A stretch of 64,000 nt of DNA from a virus (Duplodnaviria; Caudoviricetes), in the IMG/VR virus record IMGVR_UViG_3300037400_003286; one strand, given 5' to 3'. Below the pieces are notes generated by a model, which worked only from the letters and a program-made list of their open reading frames with translations, was not told the DNA's origin and made no database searches. Both the position numbers and the translations under genes were made by a program. This document shows, piece after piece, positions 44,350-53,314 of the stretch. Position 1 is the first letter of the stretch, and each line of letters begins with the position of its first letter.

Positions 44350-46320
44350 ATGGCTATAACAGATCAAATATTAGGAATGGATGGTGGAGGATATGGTAAT
44401 ATCCTTAGTTCTGTCGGAAATATCGCTGGAAGTGCTGGAAGTATAATCAAAAAGATTAAAAGCCTCAGCGGTAAAGAAATGTCAGTAGGTGCTATAAGAG
44501 ATTATAACACTAACGGATTCCTTGCACAAAATAGTCTGTTTATACCAGAGTTCTTTGCAAGAGCGTTTGACGAACCAACATATCTGTCATTCAGGGTTGA
44601 ATTTATGTTCAATGATCCAGAAATGACAATAAGAAATACAGCATACAACAACCAGGGTATCAAAAAAAATGCAATAAGAACTGCGTTTTATGGTCAGATG
44701 TATGACTATATGCCAGAGCCTTTCCTGAATGATTTCTTTACAAGGGACGGTAAAGGTGCTATGACACCAACCGATACTTCTGTTGGTATATTGTATTCAA
44801 CAGAAAATTATCTTGATTTCAACCTTGGTGATCACGGAAGAGCTATGCTTCTGCATACATTCAAACGTGCATTAAAGGATATACAGGAAAACTTCCCTTA
44901 CTATTTCAAATCACTAAGCGGTATCGATACATTAACATCAATAAATCCAGAGGAAGGTATTCGTGTAAAGGAAGGTGAAATTATACTTGAATGTATGGAA
45001 GGTCTTGATCTTAAGATAACACAACTCCTTCAACTTTATAGAAAAATCGTATGGGATGACGTTTATCAAAGATGGGCATTACCTGATATGATGAGATTCT
45101 TCGGAATGAGAATATACGTTTCAGAAATAAGACTTTTCAGTGATGTCAAAAAAGAAAACGATTCACCTGAAGCATTAGATTTCTCTGATGCTGGAATCAG
45201 AAATATGACTTATCGAGGACAGGCTGAATCTGGTGGTGGTGGATTCTTGGGATTAGTAAACAAAGGTGCAAGCATATTAGGAAATGCAACAGCCGTATCT
45301 CAGTCTTTCTTAGGTACAAAAAGCGTGATAACAAAGGCACTTAACTATACATCTGGTACTGTCAATACAGCACTCGGAGCATATAATTCAATAGCTGGTG
45401 CTCTCAACCAACTTGAATATTGCAACAACGCTATAAATGAAGTGATGCCAACATTATGCTTTGAATGTCATATGTGTGAATTTGACATTAAAGATACATT
45501 ATCACATATAGCAGACTTAAGTTCATCAAACCAGGATACATCTTCACCAAAACCAAAAATAAAGATTAAAGTCGGTCAGGTAAGAGAAAAACAGTCATAT
45601 CCACTGAATGCAACATTGAAAGCTGGAAAGAACGGTTATATGAAAACCGTCATTGATAGAATTGATGAAGATGGTCAATTAGAAGGTACTTTAATCAATA
45701 TACACGATTTTGGACCTTTATTCCAAGCCAGAGATGGTAAAGCAGCATTTATGGGCAATTTCCTTAATGATGACGTGCTCAATAAGAAATATTTCCATAA
45801 AGGAATGGGTGATAGACAGAGTGATTACCTGTATAACCTCAGCGAGAATGTCGGTCAATCAAAAGCAAACACGATAAGTGTAAGAAGATTACCAGACAAT
45901 CTTGAAAATGATATGGATAAGATGAGTTATATACCTGAAAATTCATCTCAAGGTGCAGCACAGGCTGGTTTGTTCTCTACAGTAATGAATGAAGCTGTAT
46001 CAATAGCGTCACACGCTGGAGTAGGAAGTAATATAATCGGAACAAAGAGTCTTGCTACCGATCCTCAGAAAGAACAGGTTGAAACTATGGAAGCAATCGG
46101 AGAAATGATGAATGCAGCAGTAGAAAGAATATATAACGGACCAGAAATGAAATCTATGGCAGCACAAGGTGTATCAGATTCACAGCGTGCAGCAATAGCA
46201 AATAATTCGTTTGCTGCTTTCATAGATGAACTTGAACTTTCAGCAGCAACATCAGACGATTACTACATGAAGGAATTCCTCAGAAACTATCGTGTAATCA
46301 AAAACGAAGAACAACAGTAA
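44350..46320 (+). CDS. Putative baseplate/tail-tube-fold protein
   Basis: 656 aa within the baseplate cluster. Confidence 0.45.
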   Translation: MAITDQILGMDGGGYGNILSSVGNIAGSAGSIIKKIKSLSGKEMSVGAIRDYNTNGFLAQNSLFIPEFFARAFDEPTYLSFRVEFMFNDPEMTIRNTAYNNQGIKKNAIRTAFYGQMYDYMPEPFLNDFFTRDGKGAMTPTDTSVGILYSTENYLDFNLGDHGRAMLLHTFKRALKDIQENFPYYFKSLSGIDTLTSINPEEGIRVKEGEIILECMEGLDLKITQLLQLYRKIVWDDVYQRWALPDMMRFFGMRIYVSEIRLFSDVKKENDSPEALDFSDAGIRNMTYRGQAESGGGGFLGLVNKGASILGNATAVSQSFLGTKSVITKALNYTSGTVNTALGAYNSIAGALNQLEYCNNAINEVMPTLCFECHMCEFDIKDTLSHIADLSSSNQDTSSPKPKIKIKVGQVREKQSYPLNATLKAGKNGYMKTVIDRIDEDGQLEGTLINIHDFGPLFQARDGKAAFMGNFLNDDVLNKKYFHKGMGDRQSDYLYNLSENVGQSKANTISVRRLPDNLENDMDKMSYIPENSSQGAAQAGLFSTVMNEAVSIASHAGVGSNIIGTKSLATDPQKEQVETMEAIGEMMNAAVERIYNGPEMKSMAAQGVSDSQRAAIANNSFAAFIDELELSAATSDDYYMKEFLRNYRVIKNEEQQ

Positions 46321-47075
46321 TGGATTTAAGTAAGGATTTTTTAGGAAGGGTAGCATTCAATGAGGATCCTACATTCTCTGGAAGATGTAAAATCCAGGTA
46401 TTCGGACTATTCGATACATTTGAGATAGAGAACATTCCCTGGTTTACACCTCAATATTCAACTGTGTTCAGTAGCGGAAACGGGTTCGGAAACCTTTCCG
46501 TACCAAAGGTAGGAACAATAGTTAGAGTAAGATTCCCGTTTGGAAACATATACTCTGGAGAATACAGCAATATACAGAATATCGATCCAGCACTTATCGA
46601 GGAAATAAAGGATGACTACCAGAATACACATGTGATGCTTTATGATTCAGAAAAGGATCTTATTGTCATATACCAGCCTATGACTGGATATAAAATGTGG
46701 CTTGGTGGATCGATGATTCTAATAGATGCAAACGGATCTATCCAACTTAAGCACAAGAATAACAGCAACGTTATTGAAGTAAATAACAATAACATCAACA
46801 TAGCAACTACTGGAGAAGGTGGAAGTAATGCTAATGGTGAAATCAATATCGCTGCTGGTGCTACTGTAAACATCAACGTTCCTACTGCAAATGTTAATGC
46901 AAGCAGTATCATGCTTGGTGAGAATGCTTCGGCGACTGCGGTAAAAGGAGAAAAGCTTATAAATGTACTACAACAGATAGTAACGGAGCTTAATACAAAA
47001 TATCCAGTAGGTGTTTCAACCCTGGCTGGAAGAGACTTTAAAGAGATACTTTCGGATACAGTTAAATTAAATTAA
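46320..47075 (+). CDS. Baseplate central spike (gp5/gpV OB-fold plus beta-helix, no lysozyme domain)
   Basis: GRVAFNEDPTFSGRCKIQVFG..IPW..VPKVGTIVRVRF. Confidence 0.85.
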   Translation: MDLSKDFLGRVAFNEDPTFSGRCKIQVFGLFDTFEIENIPWFTPQYSTVFSSGNGFGNLSVPKVGTIVRVRFPFGNIYSGEYSNIQNIDPALIEEIKDDYQNTHVMLYDSEKDLIVIYQPMTGYKMWLGGSMILIDANGSIQLKHKNNSNVIEVNNNNINIATTGEGGSNANGEINIAAGATVNINVPTANVNASSIMLGENASATAVKGEKLINVLQQIVTELNTKYPVGVSTLAGRDFKEILSDTVKLN

Positions 47076-47077
47076 TT

Positions 47078-47112
47078 ATAAGTTGTTGATTTTCAGCAAC
47101 TTATTTTATTTT
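47078..47112 (+). terminator. Intrinsic terminator
   Basis: ATAAGTTGTTG-loop-CAGCAACTTAT followed by a T-rich tail. Confidence 0.7.
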
Positions 47113-47230
47113 TATAAACACAATATATAAAATATTATTTAGACAAAATCTAAATTACATTTTTATTTCACTGATTATCAATGAGTTACAAACAAAATGA
47201 AAAAATATTTCGAAAAAAAGTTTCAAAAAA

Positions 47231-47261
47231 TTTAATCGTTTTGCAAAAAGTTGCGTATAAT
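47231..47261 (+). promoter_or_regulatory. Bipartite promoter TTTAATC-N16-CGTATAAT
   Basis: Exact match; about 190 nt from the next ATG, inside a long AT-rich intergenic region. Confidence 0.75.
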
Positions 47262-47396
47262 AAATTGAGGACAATTTGAAAATGATATTATATTTTTTAT
47301 TAATATTATAAATATTCTTAGAACGCAAAACGCCCGTCTAAAGTTAAACTTTTGATAAGAAATTCCTCTGAATTTTTATAGATCGATCCAGAAAAA

Positions 47397-47407
47397 AGAT
47401 AAATAGG
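47397..47407 (+). promoter_or_regulatory. Late promoter AGATAAATAGG
   Basis: Upstream of ATG 47450; another perfect copy at 48015-48025 precedes the 48197 gene. Confidence 0.7.
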
Positions 47408-47449
47408 AACGAGAAAGGATTCTCTTAAAAAAGAAAACAAAAACAGAAA

Positions 47450-48196
47450 ATGAATACTTTTTTAAATTTCCTCAAGAATATTTTTGTTTGGATCTTCAAA
47501 GACTGGAGAAATGTTGTTAGTATTGCTTCTCTTATTGCTGTGATCATATTGGCTTGCAAATATAGAAGTCTTAAGAGTGATTACAATGATATTCAGAACA
47601 GTGCTCAGGATACATTGACTGTATATAAGAATAAAGTCGGTGAACTGTATGCACAGCAGAAAACATACATTGTTGAAATCAAGGATCTGAAGAAGCATAA
47701 CCAGGAACTTTACGATGAAGTTAAGAATCTGAAAGATCATCCTATCGTCGTTACTAAGATAAAGACTGTGACGGAATACAAGGATAAGATAGTAAAGGAT
47801 ACCGTTACAATAGATCCATCTGGTAACTATACCTTCAATATGAATTACAATGATCCTTGGCTTAACCTGTCTGGAAAGTCTACATTAAACATAGAGACAA
47901 TGATAGGAACTGCAAAATTCGACTCCATATCATTCCCGAATACAATTACTGTAGATCTTATAGAAAAGAATAACCAGCTTTCATTCATCGCAAAGTCGGA
48001 TAATCCATATTGTCAGATAAATAGTTTAAACGGATCGATCCTGTCACCAGAGACATCATCCGTTCTGAAGAAGAGATTCGACAAGAAATGGGCTGTTGTC
48101 GTTGGAGTAGGCCCTACGTTGTCCGTATATGATAACAAGATTGTAATTCTTCCAGGACTACAGGTGACGATTGGTCGTAAATTATTTGCATTCTAA
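47450..48196 (+). CDS. Membrane-anchored coiled-coil protein, possible spanin-like lysis protein
   Basis: N-terminal TM helix, coiled coil, C-terminal amphipathic beta strands ending in Phe. Confidence 0.5.
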   Translation: MNTFLNFLKNIFVWIFKDWRNVVSIASLIAVIILACKYRSLKSDYNDIQNSAQDTLTVYKNKVGELYAQQKTYIVEIKDLKKHNQELYDEVKNLKDHPIVVTKIKTVTEYKDKIVKDTVTIDPSGNYTFNMNYNDPWLNLSGKSTLNIETMIGTAKFDSISFPNTITVDLIEKNNQLSFIAKSDNPYCQINSLNGSILSPETSSVLKKRFDKKWAVVVGVGPTLSVYDNKIVILPGLQVTIGRKLFAF

Positions 48197-50140
48197 ATGG
48201 CACTGAAGAGTAGATTTTTACAGATTAGTGATATTATGATGTTTGAGTACGTCATGCATGAGGGACCTAACAATGCAGACGAGTCAAACCCAACGTCTTT
48301 CATATATACAAAGCTGAAGGATAACCATACCCTTCTGCTTTCACCTATTTCATATGAGTGTGTCAAGACATCGGACGGAGAAAAGGATAAGTATAAAATA
48401 CTGAAGGATCCGCTGACTATCAATACACTCAACCATACGGTTATACCTACTGATGAAAAGGATTCCATGTTCTTCCACTTCCTTGATCCAGATTACAAGT
48501 ATGTGGATGAGTCGATTATGGATGAACTCTACTATAATCAGATTAAGCCAAGGATGTACAATAAGCACATGGTTAATCCTATCGAACCGAATGGATATCC
48601 TCTCAGTGACTATTATTCTGATATTACCGATGTCAGATGGGATTCTGCTAGATTGTATTTCGTTAACGGATATGATTTCAGCAATGTGTATGGTATATAC
48701 ATGAGAATATCTGTGAATGGTAACGATATAAAGGACAGTAAGGGAAATATCGTGGAGAGTGACAGAGTGATCGATCTTTGCGACATATTCATAAACAAGT
48801 CTAATTTCTATAAGCTGTGCAAGTATTCAGTTAATCCGACAATGTTCGGAAACAACATATACGACAGATATATTGAAGTCAATGTTGCATGCGTATGGGA
48901 TCTTATTCAGAACAGATATAACCATGAACATTATGACACTGAACTGTTTGAGATCCTTAACATCAAGGATGATACTCAAGTAAGGTTAAGCTTCGCATAT
49001 ATCATGGATGAGGATATGTCAACACGTATTCTCGATCTTAATGAATATACTGATGCTGATAAGGAGAAGTTCCCTACAATAGATACGGATCAGGTTGTTC
49101 TTGAATTCACTAGATCATCTGTACTTAACGGTACTATACCAAGAGTTGATCTTAATTCGGATAATCTCGGTGCTTATATAGCCGAATGTCAGGATATGCC
49201 TTATCTTATATTTTATGCTACATGGAGGGATAAGCCTCTGACTGCACATACGGTATGGTCGTTCAATAAAGGTATAAGGCTGTATGACAGATCACTTATC
49301 AGGGATGACTATGAAGAAGAAGTAAGTGATGATTATGAACCAGAATATGATATGAAGAAATGGCTTGTCATCCATGAAATAAAGTGTTCATTCTGTATGG
49401 GTGATCATGTAGTCAAGGAAGAGACATATTCAATGACTCAGATTTTCGTGAACGAGACAGATGCTGACAAGTTCTACTACAGACCTATCATATTTGATGA
49501 GGCTGTTGGATTGTATATAGACAATGTTCAGATTGTATATACGATGAGACTTGTTAACTCACATGACAAGATTCAGTTCGTGAAGGTTTCAACTTTGTCT
49601 CTTTATGGCAATATGTCAAAATACTATGTCAAGGGTACAAGCCTTAAGACTGCTGATTTGACACCATATAAGATTTACAATAAGATCATAGAACAGAAGC
49701 ATGAAAATGTACCAAGTGTAAACAATGTACAGAAGACAAAGTATGTAAAGGTATTCTATAATTCAACAGAAGTTGTGCTTGATGATCAGGGTAATGTCGT
49801 AAACGGTGAGTATAACTACACACTTACTGTAAGCCAGGCTCCTAAATCATACAAGTTTGTGTTCAAGACACTCGGTGCTAACGGCACGTATTCATATATG
49901 GATATGTCAAACGGATATTACAAACTTATGTTCAAGGATGAAGGAAAAGAAACTAATTTGATCGATCCTACATTCTCAACAAACATGAATCTGTATATCG
50001 GTGAGCTTGAATTCAATTTCAATATGACTATGCTTAACAAGATGGCTGCTGTACCAGAGGAAGACAGAAAGATGTCTATCGTTGCATACAACGAGGATGG
50101 TTCAGTAAGTTCTATGTTTGATTTCATGTATGTTATTTAA
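48197..50140 (+). CDS. Hypothetical late (structural) protein
   Basis: 647-aa ORF with an upstream late promoter. Confidence 0.6.
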   Translation: MALKSRFLQISDIMMFEYVMHEGPNNADESNPTSFIYTKLKDNHTLLLSPISYECVKTSDGEKDKYKILKDPLTINTLNHTVIPTDEKDSMFFHFLDPDYKYVDESIMDELYYNQIKPRMYNKHMVNPIEPNGYPLSDYYSDITDVRWDSARLYFVNGYDFSNVYGIYMRISVNGNDIKDSKGNIVESDRVIDLCDIFINKSNFYKLCKYSVNPTMFGNNIYDRYIEVNVACVWDLIQNRYNHEHYDTELFEILNIKDDTQVRLSFAYIMDEDMSTRILDLNEYTDADKEKFPTIDTDQVVLEFTRSSVLNGTIPRVDLNSDNLGAYIAECQDMPYLIFYATWRDKPLTAHTVWSFNKGIRLYDRSLIRDDYEEEVSDDYEPEYDMKKWLVIHEIKCSFCMGDHVVKEETYSMTQIFVNETDADKFYYRPIIFDEAVGLYIDNVQIVYTMRLVNSHDKIQFVKVSTLSLYGNMSKYYVKGTSLKTADLTPYKIYNKIIEQKHENVPSVNNVQKTKYVKVFYNSTEVVLDDQGNVVNGEYNYTLTVSQAPKSYKFVFKTLGANGTYSYMDMSNGYYKLMFKDEGKETNLIDPTFSTNMNLYIGELEFNFNMTMLNKMAAVPEEDRKMSIVAYNEDGSVSSMFDFMYVI

Positions 50141-50166
50141 TCATTTTAATCAATTTAACGTATAAT
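50136..50166 (+). promoter_or_regulatory. Bipartite promoter TTTAATC-N16-CGTATAAT
   Basis: Exact match upstream of the gp26-like gene. Confidence 0.8.
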
Positions 50167-50197
50167 AATATAAAGACAAATTATATCTTATAAACAA

Positions 50198-51223
50198 ATG
50201 AAGAAGAAAACTGAAGAGGATTTAATGAGTGCATATGTTGCACAAGAGGAAACTCCTGTGACACAGAGTCCTTTTAAGGAAGCAAAGGTCGAGGTTGTAC
50301 AGCAGCCAGATGAGCCGCAAGTACCTCAGAAGACTATGGCTGAAATTGCTAGGGAAAACAGAACTCACGGTAAGGAAGGAATGCCTTTTACTGGAAACGG
50401 TTCTGGATTGAAATACAGAGACAACATCGGTTGGCTCAAGATTGACGTTAAGACACTTCCTACACAGGGACTTTTCTATCCAGACGGAATGGAAATCAGT
50501 ATCCGTGCTGCAAGAGGTGAGGAAATCAAGCACTGGTCAACAATGAACGATCAGGATATTAACCAGCTTTCAAGGGTTGATGATATTCTTAACTATATGA
50601 TCGAGAAATGCTGCAACGTCAAGAATCCTAACTATCCTGGAAACTGTTGGAAGGATTTGAAGAATGTTGACAGATTCTATATTCTTCTTGCAATCAAGGA
50701 GTTTACTTTCATCGATGGTGAGAATGAACTTATGGTTCCTATTTCTGAGGATAAGCAGATTCCTGTCGTAAAGGAAATGATTGACTTCATCAAGATTCCT
50801 GAAGAGATCATGAAGTTCTACAATCCAGATGAGAAATGCTTCATTTTCAATATCGCTGGTAATCCTATGAAGATTCATGTTCCTTCTCTCGGTGTAAACG
50901 ACTGGCTGAAGAAATATGTAGCACAGAAGATCAATGCTAAGGAAGGATATGATGAGGACTTCATCACATATGCTCCTATGCTTATCAAAGACTATCGTGG
51001 ATTAGGACAGAGAGCATACGAGGAAATGGTCGGTGCTTCACGTCTTTGGAATGTGAAGGAATGGTCTGTACTCGCTTATGTAACGGAAAAACTTGGTGGC
51101 GCAACTGAGCCTAAGATTAAATATACTAACGAGGATGGTGGGGAAGTGGAAATCCCCTTAACCTTTCGCGGAGGTATCCGCTCTCTTTTCGTGCTTTCAA
51201 ATCCGCTACTCTCAATATGTTGA
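50198..51223 (+). CDS. Baseplate hub assembly chaperone (T4 gp26-like)
   Basis: LPTQGLFYP..ISIRAA..EI..; DLKNVDRFYILLAIKEFT. Confidence 0.7.
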   Translation: MKKKTEEDLMSAYVAQEETPVTQSPFKEAKVEVVQQPDEPQVPQKTMAEIARENRTHGKEGMPFTGNGSGLKYRDNIGWLKIDVKTLPTQGLFYPDGMEISIRAARGEEIKHWSTMNDQDINQLSRVDDILNYMIEKCCNVKNPNYPGNCWKDLKNVDRFYILLAIKEFTFIDGENELMVPISEDKQIPVVKEMIDFIKIPEEIMKFYNPDEKCFIFNIAGNPMKIHVPSLGVNDWLKKYVAQKINAKEGYDEDFITYAPMLIKDYRGLGQRAYEEMVGASRLWNVKEWSVLAYVTEKLGGATEPKIKYTNEDGGEVEIPLTFRGGIRSLFVLSNPLLSIC

Positions 51224-51500
51224 ACTGGAACTGGTGTTCGCAATGAAGCTTAACATCAGTCCTATCGAAATGGGACAGATGTACTTCTATGACATAATGA
51301 TGCTTTATAACAGATATGAAGCATTCTTGAAAGACGAGAAGGAAGCTCAGGACAAACAACAGGCTGAATACGAGGAACAATATGGAAATCCGCAGGATCA
51401 ATATTCAAATATACAAAGCCAGATTTCACAGGCCACAGCAAAGATGGGTTCTTTAACACCAAGCTCTATAACAAGCGGATTTAATTTTCCTAAATTCTAA
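51162..51500 (+). CDS. gp51-like baseplate assembly ORF, probably reached by +1 frameshift from the gp26-like gene
   Basis: Frame is open from 51162 (PFAEVSALFSCFQIRYSQYVELELVFAMKLNISPIEMGQMYFYDIMMLY...) and overlaps the end of the gp26-like gene. Confidence 0.6.
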   Translation, partial: PFAEVSALFSCFQIRYSQYVELELVFAMKLNISPIEMGQMYFYDIMMLYNRYEAFLKDEKEAQDKQQAEYEEQYGNPQDQYSNIQSQISQATAKMGSLTPSSITSGFNFPKF

Positions 51501-51504
51501 TCAC

Positions 51505-51540
51505 AAAGGATCGATCTTTTAATAAGGTTGATCCTTTATT
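51505..51540 (+). terminator. Intrinsic terminator followed by late promoter TGATAAATAGA (51540-51550)
   Basis: AAAGGATCGATCTT-loop-AAGGTTGATCCTTT. Confidence 0.7.
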
Positions 51541-51575
51541 GATAAATAGAAGGAACAAAACGTTTTTCATATAAG

Positions 51576-51899
51576 ATGGAGAAATTGAAAAAATACTGGA
51601 AAGAAATTGTAATAGTGATCCTTGCTATACTTTTCGTATCGAATTGTACAGGAAAGGGTAACTATAAGAGAAAATATGAGAAGCAGATGCAACAGACAGA
51701 ATATGTAAAGGATTCCCTTACACATGTGTTCAGTAATGCTTCACAACACATCGACAGCCTCAACAGTGAGATAAAGATGCTTAATAAGGAAATCGCATCA
51801 TTGAACAATGAGATTTCCATATATAAGGAACAGAACAATAAACTGGCAAACAAGCCTGTAATTGTTCGTGTAAACAATAATAACGGAGAAAAGAAATAA
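51576..51899 (+). CDS. Small membrane/lipoprotein-like coiled-coil protein (possible lysis accessory)
   Basis: Basic N-terminus, hydrophobic stretch ending LFVSNC, then a coiled coil. Confidence 0.6.
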   Translation: MEKLKKYWKEIVIVILAILFVSNCTGKGNYKRKYEKQMQQTEYVKDSLTHVFSNASQHIDSLNSEIKMLNKEIASLNNEISIYKEQNNKLANKPVIVRVNNNNGEKK

Positions 51900-52852
51900 T
51901 GAAGAAAAGTTTAACAAACAAGATATTCATCTATGCCTTCCTTTTCTTGTATGCTCTTGTCGCATTCATATCGTTCTGTCATGCGATAGAATTCTTCGAT
52001 ATAGGTAACACACATTGGATGTCTGTAATGCTTGCATTCGCATTTGAGCTTGGTCTTGCTGTGTGCCTTGCATCTATTCTGATAGGAACAAACAAAAGGA
52101 ACAACATAGCATGGGTTCTACTCACTATACTTGTACTTGTGCAGGTGATAGGTAATACATATTCTGTATTCAAATACATATCTGAATCTGGATATGACTA
52201 TTACAATTATCTTGCAAAGCCTATGCTGTTCATGATAGAGGAAGTCAGCCAGGAAACTGTACAGATTATCATATCATGGATTATGGGTGCTATTCTTCCT
52301 ATCGTTGCACTTCTTATGACTGAAATGGTAGCTAACGGTATAAAAGAAGAACAGATGATAGAAGACAAGCCAGAAGAAAAAACAGAAGAGATCGTTCATC
52401 AAGAGGAAAATCATTCTAAGATAGTTCCTCCAGTTATTCCTCAACCAGAACCTCTTGAAACAAAGTATGAAGATGAAAAAGCGGAATCAAATGAAGATGA
52501 GAATAACGAATCTGATGAACAAGAAGTAATTTTAAATGATGTTGATGACGATCCAGAGGAACAGATAAGTATAGATGAGAAGCCTGAAGAACCTGTTGAA
52601 ACACAGGAAAATGTGGAAGATGTCACTCCTTTTGAACAGAAAAGTGTGATTGAACCAGAAGAAACTACGGTTAAAGATGAGGAAACTCAAGTTTCTGTCG
52701 AGCCTGTAATTGAACAGACTCCTGTAAAAGTCAATGAAGATACATCGAATAAAGAATACGAACTATCAAACGAAAATCACAAGAAATTTGTAGCGATAGA
52801 CAAAGAACCAAAGACGATGTTTGATGAATTGCAAAAAGAAAGCCTGAATTAA
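51899..52852 (+). CDS. Multi-pass membrane protein with long acidic tail
   Basis: Four hydrophobic helices in aa 1-140, then E/D/P-rich low complexity. Confidence 0.75.
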   Translation: MKKSLTNKIFIYAFLFLYALVAFISFCHAIEFFDIGNTHWMSVMLAFAFELGLAVCLASILIGTNKRNNIAWVLLTILVLVQVIGNTYSVFKYISESGYDYYNYLAKPMLFMIEEVSQETVQIIISWIMGAILPIVALLMTEMVANGIKEEQMIEDKPEEKTEEIVHQEENHSKIVPPVIPQPEPLETKYEDEKAESNEDENNESDEQEVILNDVDDDPEEQISIDEKPEEPVETQENVEDVTPFEQKSVIEPEETTVKDEETQVSVEPVIEQTPVKVNEDTSNKEYELSNENHKKFVAIDKEPKTMFDELQKESLN

Positions 52853-53313
52853 ATATTCAGGCTTTTACTTTGTATATCGAGATTATCGCTTGCCGCTAAT
52901 CTGTATCCTCCATATTGATCAAGTCCTTTCGGAATAAGAAGCTCAAGATTATCATCTGCTCTTATCGCTACAAGTTTAGCTGTCTTTAATGATTGTATAT
53001 AAAGACAGACAACTTCACCTTTCTCATTCTTCACTATACGGTTCACAACGCCAGTATAATGTTTATCACCATTATTGAATCCAACACCTCTCACAGTACA
53101 TCCAGGATGAATGTAATATTGGTGCTCTATCTTATTCGGCTTCTGCTGAAGAGTATCAGTCATAGGTAAGATTGAATAAATGTATCCTGGCTGCTTACCC
53201 TGCACATTATATGATGCTGGTGATAACGTATTGTCGTATCCACCTCCACCAACAAATCCGTACCCTCCACTTATAAGCGTACTTTCGTTTATACTTCTTC
53301 TTTTACTCTTCAT
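52849..53313 (-). CDS. Hypothetical late protein
   Basis: Start MKSKRRSINES; Gly-rich segment; end of the tail-tube operon. Confidence 0.65.
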   Translation of the reverse strand: MKSKRRSINESTLISGGYGFVGGGGYDNTLSPASYNVQGKQPGYIYSILPMTDTLQQKPNKIEHQYYIHPGCTVRGVGFNNGDKHYTGVVNRIVKNEKGEVVCLYIQSLKTAKLVAIRADDNLELLIPKGLDQYGGYRLAASDNLDIQSKSLNI

Positions 53314-53314
53314 A

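Noticed and set aside
51155-51161. +1 shift at CCC_TTA
   Set aside because: A shift there meets TAA at 51159 immediately; only the downstream TTT_CGC site reaches the open frame
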